The notes under the pieces: generated by a model | The model's input: the letters and a program-made list of their open reading frames with translations, nothing else | Database searches by the model: none | What the model was told of the DNA's origin: nothing | Program-made: the position numbers and the translations under genes | Origin: Euglena gracilis | Lineage: Eukaryota | Assembly (NCBI GenBank): GCA_039621445.1 | Contig: CP154954.1 | Location: 48,897,847-48,961,846, forward strand | Direction: 5' to 3' | Length of the DNA stretch: 64,000 bases | Part shown: in pieces, positions 43,645-56,599 of the stretch | Position numbering within the stretch: the stretch's first letter is position 1 | Layout: every line of letters begins with the position of its first letter

Positions 43645-46600
43645 ATGCGTGGGCTGCGCCTCCTTGCCCTGGCCCTGCTGGCCGGCATGGCCATCGCCGT
43701 GGGCGACGCCATCGTCGGGGCCGGCACGGCCCTCCCTGTGGCGGTGTTTGCCGACGCCCGCTCCGCGTACCGCTTCGCCACCCCCGGCGTGGAGGTGCAG
43801 TACTCGGCAGGTGAGTCCCGGGCCGGCATCTGCCGCCTCGAGCAGGCTTCGGCCTGCGTTTGCAGTACTGCTGGGAGGAAGGGTTAGCTGGCAAGGTATT
43901 CTCCAGTGACCGGTGTGAAGCGCTGGAACTTTTTTTTTATTCCCAAACCCTGCCAAAATACCTGTTGGCATTTTTTTTAGTATTTTTTTGGCGGCCAAAA
44001 CGAAGCACATTAAAACCCTCATTTTCACCTCAGCGCACAGCGCTTCCTCGGGGGCCGCTCAAGCAAAATTTGGGCACGGCTTGTCCACAACTTGGACCCC
44101 ACCACGTCCTGACCGACTCCCGCCTCCATCTTTCAGAGCGGGGATTAATTCCAATAGAATCCATTATCAGGGGGGGCTGTAGCTAAACAGAGGGATGGCA
44201 GCCACTCAATGTTCTGACAACTTGTGGCTGCAGCTTGCCTCTGTGTTTTTTCGGATTTTTTTTCTCACAATCCCCAAGGTGCCAGAAGTTCCTTTTTAAG
44301 AATTGAGTTCAAAATTGTATGATTTTGCCATTTTTGGTGCCAATTCCGGGTCGGGGCAGGGTTGAATATAAGGGAGGTTAAGGGTTTGGAAGTTAAGGGA
44401 TTGTACCCCCCCCCTGTCCAGGAGAGGCCAATCTCAGGCGGCTAATCTTGCACATGATTGCATGGTGTGGCACCCACAGGAAAAGTATTTCGGCACGTAG
44501 GGCAACTTTGAAGGGGCATTTGGGAATCCATTTCAATTACCTTGTCCCCCAGTACTGACTCGCACCCCTAAATAACCGATAATCATGCCCTGGTGGGCAA
44601 AAATGCACAATTAATATGCAGTTGGCGTGTTCCTTTGCGCCATTGCTCAAAGACGCCTCTTTCTTGAAAGTCCTAATAAATGACACCAGGCTCCTGAGAT
44701 GTGATCACGATGTGCTCTGGTGCCCTAGGGTTGCACGGGGAAGTGCAGAGACTTTGAACGTTCGGGTCCCGACAGCATACAGCACACGTACACCTCACAT
44801 GTGCATTTGGGATCTGACCAACAGCTGCTTCAACAACCTTGGATGTTGCTGGAACGATTCGGGGCAGGTCAGAGTGAGCCTGCACGAGACCATGCACGGC
44901 GTTTTTTTATATAAACTTTTTTATAAACAATTGTTGGTTCTTTTGTGCAACTGCGCAAAGGAACCGGGGGGGGGGACCCCACCCAGTTCCTTTGCGTAAT
45001 TGCAAACCCTTGCAATTGCGACCCCCGGAACCCCCCCCCAGGGTCCAGATGGTGGTTTTTTTCTAGTGGACCCCGTAGTCTTTAAGCTGAAGCCTGGCAT
45101 CGAGGCTTTCGCGGCAGAGTGTGGCCCGGCAGACACCCTGCAGGGCCCAGCCCTGGACGGTGTGGACTTCGCTGCGTCAGCCAGGGCCTCCATTTTCTCC
45201 TCGCGCTTTTTGTGGGCGTTGGGTTTTTTTTTGCACGTCAAGTTCATCGCAAATTTTGAAAGAGCAACCATTTCCTCGGCTCCACGCTACTCGGCTAAAT
45301 CTTCTGGCTGGTTGTGTGTAACGTTTTTCTTGGTATAATTTATGTGTGTATCATTTTTATAGAACCCAGGGTTTTGTCGAGAACATCGCCAAAGCCCTCA
45401 CCCCTGCGTGCACCCCGTGTGCCACAGTTGTTTCGACAATCAATGGCAGACCTGTTTCAGACTGTGGCACTCAACCAATCGGACTACAACAAGTACCCCG
45501 ACATCCAGATGTACCCGGTACTGGCCACTGCCATTGTCCCTGTGTACAATTTGAACGGGCCGCAAAACCTCATCCTGAGCACTACAGTGCTGTCGCAGAT
45601 CTTCAGTGGGCAAATCAAGTATGCTTTATTCCTCCATCCCCCTGACATTTGAGTGAATCCTCCCCCAACTGAGAAATTTTTGTGTCTCTATGCATGAAGA
45701 AGCAGCCTGACAACAAGAAGTCAAAAGTCCTCCATTTCGCTGGGGAATTTGTGTCACAAGAGGACAATGCAGCGTTCGGGCTTGGGGATTCGTAAGATGC
45801 CACCCCCTGCCCTCCCCCATTCTATTCGGCCATGGGCCTCCAACCAACACACAGTTGGTGTTCCGGCCCCGGCCCCCCATTCCCTTCCCTGCAGGGCGTG
45901 GGACGACAGCCGCATCAAATCCAGCAACCCCAATTTCACGTCCTGGAAGGTCCCCACCAAACATACATCTCTTTCGGGCATGTCACCCCCCCTCGATTTA
46001 GGCCCGGACCATGGATGCATTCAACAACTGTGAACCCACCCCGGGGGGTCGGGGGTTTTTTGAGAGTAGATGGGTGGGTTGGGGGCTGCTGGACCCCCCC
46101 CCCCCGGGTTTCTGCCGATTTGTTAGAGTTTTGGGTTGACCCTTGGGGGGGTTGTGGGTGGGTGGGTTTTTGAAAGAAGTGGGTGGGTGGGTTTGGGCCT
46201 GGAGAAAAAGTGCCCCCCCCCCCTCTGGGGTTCACTGGGTGCATCCATGGCCCGCACAACCCCCCCCCCCCCCGAGGAATTCTCCCAAGTAAGCGAGCCA
46301 GCCCGACAAACTCTCAACCCAAAGCTTTCAACCCAACAAACTTTCAACGACAGTGAATTTTTTCAAGAAAAGGTTTTTGGTGCATGCGTTTTGCCACATG
46401 TTTTGAAACCAATGTTTGGGTGTGAGTTTTTTGGCAGTTACCATTTTGGGACTTCGCAGCTCAGTACCTCAGGCCTTCCGCCTCGCAGCTCAGTACAACC
46501 GGAGCCCCCCACCCACCACCCAGGGAACAGGGAAGCTAGCCAGCCCAAATTTGTACCCCGGCCAGCAACCTCTCCGGGTCCTTCAAGAGATGGATGCCCC

Positions 46601-49600
46601 CAACCAGTCCATCGAACTGGTGACCAGGGCTGTCCCATGCACCACAGCACACAGAATGAGAGTGGGCCTCCATATGCCCTTTGGTTTTGAAGCACCCCCC
46701 CATGTCCAATGACCACCCCCCTCCAGTCGAAGGACACAATTTCGGAGGTTCGGCACGGCGCGAAGCGCTGGGCCGAAAGTTTTTGGCCCCAAAATTGGCC
46801 AGCATTCGGCCAAAACGCCATTTTTGGCATTCTTCGGGCAAAAAAAAATGTGTCAAAATTGCCCAAAAATTTTTTTGGGTGCAAAGCGCCGGGAAGAAAA
46901 TTTGACCTTTTGGGGGGTGGGCTCCCGGGTGCCCTCCAGCTTTTTTAGACCCCTTGTCCAACGACAACCCCCCCCCCCAGTCGGAGGACAGAGGTTACTG
47001 GTCGTTGGACATAAGGGGGGGTGTGGGGCTGCCTGGCAGGGCCCAGCCCTGCCGGCGGTCCTCCAGGACGCCAGCGACACAACGGCGGTGTTCAAGACCG
47101 CGCTGTACGCCTTCTCCCGCACGTTTGCCAACTCCGTGGAGGTGAGCGGCCGCCCCTCCTGGGGCAACCTGCCCGCCCCGCTGCCGGGTCCTTGGGTTCG
47201 GTCAGCAGGGGGTTTTGTTTGGGCGGCCGGCAGTGTGGGTCGGGGGCGGGTGTGTTGCTGATCGGTGTTCGGCCGGCAACGATCGCGGCAATCTCAACAT
47301 CCAATGACTCATCGTTGAAGGGACCGGCCCTCTGCACCAACTGGCACATCCCTTGGCGAATTCCCCAGCGAAATGGAGGATTACTGACTCAGCTGAGTCC
47401 CTGCTTTGACGTCCCTGGACATATGACTTTGAATTGAATTTGAATTTATTCTTGACCCCCCACAAAGAAGCCTGTTTTATGCTTGTGCAGTATTTCAAAC
47501 CCGTTAAGGTGGTTCAACTTGTGAGGGGTGTTTTGGGGATTGTGATCAAAGTCCCAACACCAAACATTTTTGTGAGTTTTCCGACGTATTTTTGCCCAAT
47601 TTTGCTGATTTTATAGCGGGAACTGCTGCACACCAACTCCTGGCAGAAAATGTACTCCCCATGTACCTCATGTACCCCCCTTGCCCTAGCGGCCACCCCT
47701 AAATTATGACCACCCCCGGTGCAGGTTGTAGGTCAGGGGGTGTGTATGACCCCCCCCCCGGTCGGGGGTTGCAGGAACCCGGTCGTTGGGCAGGGGGGGG
47801 AGCAGGTAAATGGTACAGGTAATTTTTCAGGATTAAAATGTGCAATTTTTTTCTATTCATGCAGCCAGTGCTCGCCTGTCCGAGCTTCTGGTGGGGGTGT
47901 ATTGGGTCGCAGGATCTGCGGGCCCCCGGGGATTTCATGTCTGCGGGGGCGAGCAGGGGGGCAACAGAATTCATGAAGTGCGGTGAAGTCCAACGGAGGC
48001 CGATGGCCGCAAACCCAAAAGTGCGGCGGATACGGCCCAACATCCACACACACGACGGCCGGACGCCTGCACGTGTGCCTTCATTTCGCGTGCCCCGCCA
48101 CGCGGCCCGCCGATGCCAGCGCCCGGCACTGGGGCGGGGCGGACCCCCACCCGGGCGCGGGGCCCCGAGGCCCTCACCAGCTACGTGTTCCGCACCCCGT
48201 GGACCCTCGGCTACGCCCCCTTCCAGCACGCCGTGCAGTGCAACGTCTCCCAGGTCATGGTCTCCAAGTCCTCGGGCGTGGCGGTGCAGGCCTCCTTGGC
48301 CCAGGCCCCTTCTTTGCGAGCACCGGTCCGCCCGGGGGAAAGGGATTGCTACCCCCCCCCCCAATAGAAGCATGAGTGCGCGTATGGCGGACCGCCGCCT
48401 TCGGCGGCGGGGGGTGCGCTTCTATTTGGACCCTACCTGCGTGATTTTTGTTGATTTCCTTTTGAAATCCCATCAAAATGGGAGGGGTGCCCTTGTAGCG
48501 GACCGCCACCTTCGGCGAAGGCAGCGGGTGGTGTGTTTTATTTGGACCCTGCACTTGTGGCGGCCCCGCCCTTCTATTAGGGGGGGGGGGGGGTTACGCC
48601 AGAGTTGGTGGTGGGGGGGGGGGCTGTCCCAATACCGTGGGAACAGTTACCCTCCCAGATTTGGTGTTTTCCCACAATCCCTTGGCACCCGTTTGCAGTG
48701 GGCAGGCCAGAGAGGTTTGGGATCTTGGGATCTGGGAAGAGAGGCCTGCGACGGACAGCATTACGTTTGCGGTGCTGGAGAAGGGCTCCAGTTTCGGGGG
48801 CTCCACGGGGCGGTCATATTCCTCGGGGGCTTCCGGCTCCTCCTGGTCTGGCGGTTCCTCCGGCTCATATAACCGACCCTCCAACGTCAGCTACTCCTCC
48901 CAGAATGTGGCATACCGCAAATCCACCTCTTTCGGTTGGTTGGTTTATTGCTCCCCAGCCTGTTGCTTGTGTGTGACCTTCCAGCAATTCAGTAATGTTT
49001 GATGCCGCCATGCATGTTTGTTTCGGATTCTGAATGCACAACCTCAATAATGAGGTTGCATAACGCGGTGTGTCACTGATTGGGTTGTGCACATTCATAA
49101 AGGCCATTGCGAAGAAGAAATCCCTTAGTAAGAGATGAGGCAGACAATCGGATGTGCAGTTCTTTATTTTTTTTTTAACCAAATCATCCATGCTGGGCTG
49201 AGAAGTCACCGTGAATCTCCCAAAATCTCCACAAGCCCCAATGACAGCCATAGTACACATATTCCCCGGCACACAAGAAGGAAATCCCCCGCCCGTATTT
49301 TTCCGCACTTTTTTTGTCAAAGAAACACTGAGTCCATAGAATTTCTGAACAACGTGCATGTGAACATCTGTGATCTCCAGGTGAGCAATCTGATTGGAGT
49401 AGCACAGCCACTGTGAATCATTTGGCCTTCATCTCATCTCACCGGGACATGGAAGAAATCACACATACCCAAATCTGTAGTTGCCGTTTGAACATTTTTG
49501 GATGGTCTCCCTGCATTTTGTATTTTGCTGCACTTTTAGGTCTTCAGCGTGGACAGTGTACTCCTGGACAGGTCAAAAGGTGCATTCCACTGCCTCACAG

Positions 49601-52600
49601 CGGACCTGACCAACGCCCGCGGCGACAACACGCCTTCTTTTTAAGGGAGTTTGGCGGAAGGGAAGGCAGTGGGAAGCGTCTTCGACCCCCCCCCCGGGGT
49701 GTGTGTGATTTTGTCCGCCAACAGCACAAGCACCCTGCTCACCCATGCTCAGGGTGTTAACTGGGTGTTGGTTTTGTACAGGGTGGAGGGGTGCCTGGGG
49801 GGAAGGGGGTTCCCTCCCCCTTCAGACCAAAGGGGGGCAGTTGGGGACTCCCGAGAACCACAAAAAATATTCGGCACTTCGCACTGGGAAGATAATTTTT
49901 TTTCAAAAAATGTTCAAAACCGCGATTTTTGAGCGTTCTTCAAGGCTAAAATATTTTCCAACCAGTTTTGTGCCAAATTTTTTTCCGAGATCCGACCCCC
50001 CCCCCCTTACATGACATACGTGCATTCACACGCAATCACTCTGCACTAGCTTCCCCAATAATTATGAAGGGTTGTTCCAAACGTTATATGTGTCCATTGT
50101 GCATTTCTACTTACATGCGTATGTACATACATACACATACATGCATTCATGCATGCATCATGCACACACATACGGCGGGATGGGGCCGAGACCAGGGGTT
50201 CTTTTAGTCTTGGACCTCCTCCCCCGGGGGGGGGGAGGGTGGGTGGGTCCCTTGGTCCCCCTCCCCCCCCCCGGGGGGGAGTGGGGGCAGGTGCTGGTGG
50301 GTATATCTTTTTCGGCCGAAATTTTTTAAAAGGGTGCTATTTTTAGCATTTTCGGGCAAAAGTGGGTGGGTCCCCCGGGACCCCCCCCTCCCCCCGGGGG
50401 GGCTCACCCCAGGGGGTGGGTGGGTGGGTACCGACCCCCTCCCCCCCCCCCCCGGTCTTAAAAAAACCCCTGGTCGAGACCCCCCCCCTGCTCATTTGAT
50501 ACCCTGCCCGTGCTTGTTAAAAAGAAGCCCGGCAACAACGCGTGGCCCATCGTGACGTACAACTACGTCGTGCTGCGGAAGTCCACCCTGAGGGCCGGCG
50601 CCACCTGCGACACGGTGCGGGCGACCGTGGCGTTCTGGCAGTGGTTCCTCACCGCGACTGTGCCCCGGGAGTCGCATTCAGTGGCTGTTACCCCTGCCAT
50701 CTCCTGTGGAGGGCAGTGCATTCTCATCCATTTTGACCCTGGAGTTTTTTTGGAGGGAGTGAAGTTTTTCTTGAAAGAGTTTTGTTGTCGCAGTGTGGGC
50801 GGAAAGTGTCTTCACACTCTCGCTTCACAGTGCCGGGTGTGTGTTTCCCCTCCCCATGAGCAGCACCCTGAGGCTGTGGTGCCCCCCCTCAGGATGACAA
50901 ATGGAGCAGCCTGCCCAGAGGTCCACAGAGTTCCTCGCATCACTGAGCACCCGCCGTCCCAGATTGGGACTCCGGCCGCCTCCCGGCCCTCCGATTGAGA
51001 GCGTCGCCCAGGACCACTACTTCGTCCAGCCGCCCGATGCGGTGCGGTCCATGGTGGTGCGGCGGGGCCCTTTCTTTGGGGGGAGGGGTCAAACACCAGG
51101 CATCACACCCTGACATTGTTCTCATAATACATACAGGGAGTATTTTTAAGGCGTAAGTTTAAATTGACGCCTCTTTTTTTTGGCGTAAATTTTAAATATT
51201 TAAGGATTTTTCAAAAGTTCTTTAAGGTTTTTTTTTTTCAAGGCTTTAAGGCATTTCTAATTTTTAAGGCATCTATTTTCCAGGCAAGTCCAAGGGCCAT
51301 CCCGGCATCAAACGCAGGCCAAAAATAAGTCGAACCCGCCATTTTTTCCCCAATAGACAGTGTTCCAGCGATGCCAGAAATCATTTTCCCCTGGATTTGG
51401 CTTGTTTTTGCCGAGGTTTTGCAACTTCATTTTCAGCTCTATTTTCAAAAAAAAATCCCCAAAATGATTTTTAAAGGTATTTAAAGTAATCAAAGGCATT
51501 TTGGCCGAAGCTTTTCAGGCGGTTTTTTTGAGGGGTTTCAAGGTTTTTAAGGCGAATAAAAGTACCCCCTGAATACATCTTTTTAAAGTCTTTTTATTGC
51601 TTTTTCTACATCAATCTTTCCTCTGAAGCGCAGATTGTGCTTGGCCAATGTGACCCTTGCAACAGTTGTTCACAGCAGCATTTCACAAAACAGTTTTTTG
51701 TGGGCACCGGAAATGATTTCGTGGTTTCAAAGAAAATTGCCACGCTGCATTTTATTTGGGGGTTGTGCTCAGCGAGTCAGTCCCCTCCCCCAGGATTCCT
51801 GACAACGCCGAGTGCTGCCACGTACCTGCCTGTCCACCGGGGCTGGCAGAAGGGGCCCCAGGGCAGCGGCTGGCAGGGGACGTCACGTGTGCCGGCCAGC
51901 CGGTGGCTCAGGTGGCGGTGGTGCGGCAGGAGGCCGCCGCCGGGGAGGCCAGCGTGTCGGAAGTCCTCCAGCGACCAGGGAGGGACGCCCGCAACAGCCA
52001 CGCTTTTGCCACAGGGGTGGTAGGTCACGGGAGGCTGGTTCGTGGGAGGTAGGCTCGCGGCCGGCCGCCACCCAACCAAATCGCCACTTTGGTTGGGTCG
52101 CGGCCGGCCGCGGCCAGCTGTGGCCCAACCAAATGACCGTAACTGGTTGGACCACAGCCGGCCGCGGCCCGACCAACGGCTACTCTAACCCTAACACTTC
52201 TCTTTGAAGTCTTGAAATTTTTGAGTGTAGCTGCAGCCGGTTGCTCAGAAATGTGACAAATTGGCCCCTACAAGGTAACCCCCCCCCCCAAATTAAAAGC
52301 CCCCCCGGCTTTATATTTGGACGGGATTTCAAGGCCCTCAGGGGGGGCTTTATATTGGGGGGGGGGCTTTATTCGGCGGTGAAAATCAAACTTTCTCGAT
52401 TGGCCTCTATGCCAAATTTTCATTGTGTACCCCCTATTTTTTCGTGAAAATGTGCCAAAATGGAGCATTTCTGCGAAAAAAATGTTGTATCCACCCAAAA
52501 TTTTTCCACTTTTTCCTGAATGACACCAGCGTCTGGCTCCACGTCAGGGGGGGGGGGTGGCTTTAAATTTGGGCGGCAAAACCAAACCCCCCAGGGGGGG

Positions 52601-55600
52601 CTGTATATTTGGGGGGGGGGGTTACCAGCTACCCCAACTAGGGTTAATACACATGGGGGGACCATCGCTCGGCACCTTCGGCGCCTCGCTCAGGTCCCCC
52701 CAAGTTTTTAACCCCAGTTGGGCGGCTCTTTGGGTTCGCTGAGTCCCCTGTAGAGGCCAATATAACAACGTTGAGCGGGAAGGGTTCAACTATTTGCATG
52801 AGAATCTTAATCCTAACCCTAATCCTTCAAATAACGCTGTGAATTCATTTTTCCAAAAAAAAACAGAAACGGAATCGGTAGATTTCACAGTGCTCGGACG
52901 GGAATGGGAGGTTCGCGGCCCAACCAGGGTTCGATATAAGGAGGGCGTACATGGTTTAGGTGGGGGGGGGTGTCCCCCCCACCCCCCCCCCTCCTCGCCC
53001 GCAGGGGGGGGGGTCCGGCCCCCCCCCCCCCCACCTGCAAGGGGGGTCCGGACCGACCCTCGGGGGGTACCCGGGACCCCCCCCCCCAAAAAGGGTCAAT
53101 TTTTTTCCTCCGGCGCTTCGCGCCGAAAATTTTTTGCATTTTTGGCCAATTTTTGCCCAAAAAGTGCCCAAAATGGCACTTTTGGTCGTTTTGGGGGTCA
53201 AAATTTTTCGGTCACCCTCACCGCGCCACTGTTTAGGTGGGGGGGGGTGTCCCCCCACCCCCCCCCCTCCTGGCCCGCGGGGGGGGGGGTCCGCACCCCC
53301 CCCCCTCTCCTTATATCGAACCCTGGGCCCAACCAATAAAAAAGTGATTTGGTTGGGTCGCGGCCGGCCGCGGCACCCACCTCCCACAAACCAACCTCCC
53401 ATGACATCCCAGCCTTTGGCACAGGACAGAAGAGTTGCTCATCCCCCCTCCCCAGCCTCTCCGTCTAGCTGCATCCCTTGCCCCCGAAAAAAGAACCCCC
53501 AGGAGGCCTGAACGTTGTGAAGAGTCGCCAACAGGCTCGGAAGGGAAAGACCCACTGATTTAAGTGGGTCTTTCTATCAGAAGATCAACACTGAGAAATA
53601 AATGGTGTCTACCTCGAAATTAGTGTAAAAAAATAAGGAAGCAAAATATGTCAAAACACTCGAACAAAGAGCACATGCGAGTTTTGCCCAGAAGGTTCAT
53701 TCCACCAAGTAAAATAAACCCGTCTAACTAGTTTCCCCCCCCCATGGGATCGCCCATTTCGAACCATTTTGGGCTGGTTTGTGCCAGCGCGAGCAAGTAA
53801 GTTTGTGTCATTTTTAAATTGTTTTGAAAGAGTTTTTGAAAGAGTTTTTGAAAGAGTTTTGCACATGTTTTGAGTTGTTGTTGTTGTTTTTTTGGCCATT
53901 CCTTGCCGTCCTGTCATTTTTTTACCATTTTTAAGCCATTTTGGGTCCTTTTTGACCCTTTTGGACCATTTTGGTTCCACTTTGGGGCTTTTTGGGATTT
54001 CGCCTCGTTCTCCCAGGCACTGCAGTGGATGCGAGTCTTAAACCTCCCCCCCCAAAAAGACCCCGGTCTTAAACCCCCCTCCAAATATAAAACCCCCCAA
54101 ATATAAAGCCCCCCCCCCCTGGGGGTTTGGTTTTGCCACCCAAATATAAAGCCCCCCCCCCCCTTGACCTGGAGCCAGACGCTGGTGCCAGTCATGAAAA
54201 AGTTGGATACAACAAAGCTGGATACAACATTTTTTTCACCAGAAATGCTCCATTTTGGATAAGAATTGCACATTTCTGTGAAAAATTGGAGGTACACAAT
54301 GAAAATTTGGCATAAAATTTGTATTTGGTCACAAGTGAAGGCCGCCGAAGGTCATAGAGGCCACCCGAAAAAGTTTGATTTCCCCAAAATATAAACCCCC
54401 CCAAATATAAAGCCCCCCCCCCCCTGAGGGCCTTGAAATCCCGTCCAAATATAAAGCCGGGGGGAGCTTTATATTTGGAGGGGGTTATTTTTGGGTCCGT
54501 TGCTGGAAACCTCCATGTCTTATTTTTTTGATTTTTTCTTGGTGGCCCAGACCCGAAAAAACATCATTTTTCAGGTTTCCAAAAACATTAAAATTTTTCC
54601 TTCAGCGCTTCGCGCCATGTGTAAATTGGTGTAAGTTGACATTTGGCATGTTTTTTCGCACTTCAAAAATCTGAAAATTTTTGAAATTTCATCATTTTTG
54701 TGTGCGAAATTGGGGTTTTTGGTAATTTTTCAGGGAAGATTTTCATCGTCTTCGGCGCTTCGCGCCGTCAGGGGGCCTTAATTTTTTGGGGGGTCTTGTT
54801 TTTAGGATTTTTGCTCGGTCGGCCCATGGGGGGTCTTATTTTGGGGGGGTCAAATTTGGGGGGGGGGGTTAGAGTGGAGGCAGCTATTGTAAAACCCCCC
54901 TCCCTAATAAGTGCGCAGTGCCCTAATTGTGCGCAGTGCCTTAATAAGTGCGCACCCCTTGGTGTCTGAAACTACGTCCTTAAATTTGCGCACCCGTGCA
55001 CTTATTAAGGGGGGTTTAATGAATGTGGGTTCTGGAGTGGATGCGAGCAGTGGAATGGATGCAGATGCAGTGGATGCAGGTGCTGGAGAAGATGCAGCTT
55101 ATGAGAAAAACCTTTAATGAAACACAAATTGTTTTGGTGTCCAAACAATCAAAAAAGACGGCCGTTGGCCGCTGTTTGCGCATGTAATATCGTTGACAGC
55201 AAAAAAATCAATAAAATTATTTGATCAAACCCTTGAGCGTCCACAAAAAGACTAAAGGCAAGGTGACCGGCCAATGAACCATTCCGGTCAAATCCGGCAT
55301 CACGCCCTGCCGGCAGCTTACGGAGGTGTACATGGCGGACCGCGCGCAGGTGTTGTACAGGGCCCATCCGCGCAACCGGTTCCGTGCCTCCCCCCTGCCT
55401 GCCTCAATGCAGAGAAGGGGTCACTGGGTCCAGACGTGGGCCAGCCGGGTGGCCGTGCCAAACGGTGATATGAGGTGGTGGGTGCCATCCCCCTTGCCCC
55501 CCACCCACACCCCTTTCTCCATAAAAGCAGTCAGATTTTGTTTCCCAGCAGAAGATCTGAAGGTGGAAAAAAAGCAAAAGAAACAAACAATGTTATTTTG

Positions 55601-56490
55601 ACCTCACAATCTTTTGAGGAAGAAACCACATTTCAAGTCATCCGCTGGATGATGTTCGCATTTAATTCCCAAAACAAAAATCCGACGAGGTGCCTGCCTG
55701 CAAGGATATCCAATCACTCTGCGCCAAGGGCCCCTGCCCCCCGTTCAGCTACGCGGCAGGCTCCCTCGCCACCCCGGCCGCGGTGGCTGTGGCGCTGGGG
55801 GCCAACCAGTTCGTGGCGGTGCGGCGGCCGGGGCTGGCGCCGGCGGCGGGGACGGCGACGCTTCTGTTCGCGGGGGTGGCCCTGGCGGTGGTCAGTCAGT
55901 ATGACCTCGTGCTGGACGTGCCGACGCTGGCCCGCATCCTGGAGGGCGACATCCGGACCTGCCCAGGGACGGGGGAGGGCAGATGGGGGGCTTTCCGACG
56001 CGTTCAATGTTGCGTGCGCAATTATTCAAACGGTGTGTGGTCAAGCGTATGTTGCCATTGATGAGAGTTAAAACTGCCACCTCTTTGTGTGTGGTCATCA
56101 ATTTGAGGATACCATTGTGAAGGAAGTGCTGTGAGACTGTTAAATCTTTCTGTGTTTCTGCTTTTCTGTGTTTTGGTTGCTTGTATTTGTGCTTTCCCCC
56201 TATTCTGCCTATTCTGCTTGTTCTGTTGTTCCTTGTGTGTACGAAGGCCCCACAGCCCCATATGCCACCACGATGCTGCAACCAGCCAAAAGCTGCAGGC
56301 ACTGGAACCTCCCCCCCTCTGCCAGGGGTCGCATCCAGCGCTGGGGGCCCTAAACCCAGCTGGGTTCCAAGATCCGATGGGCAACAACATCACGAACTCT
56401 GCTCAGGCGACCACTCCGCTTCTATTGAAGAAGGTCATTTTGTTCTCTCCCTCTTCGGGAATGCATTTGCAGAACACGTGCACACTGAAC

Positions 56491-56559
<69 letters not shown>

Positions 56560-56562
56560 TCA

Positions 56563-56599
<37 letters not shown>

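Noticed and set aside
43811-43816. Perfect GTGAGT donor inside the first receptor exon
   Set aside because: The PstS-like reading (AGESRAGICRL) continues past it to the stem intron at 43840. Alternative use cannot be excluded.
48815-48935. Ser/Gly-rich (+) or acidic (-) open frames
   Set aside because: Apparently intronic in the receptor gene, with no recognisable family or supported boundaries.
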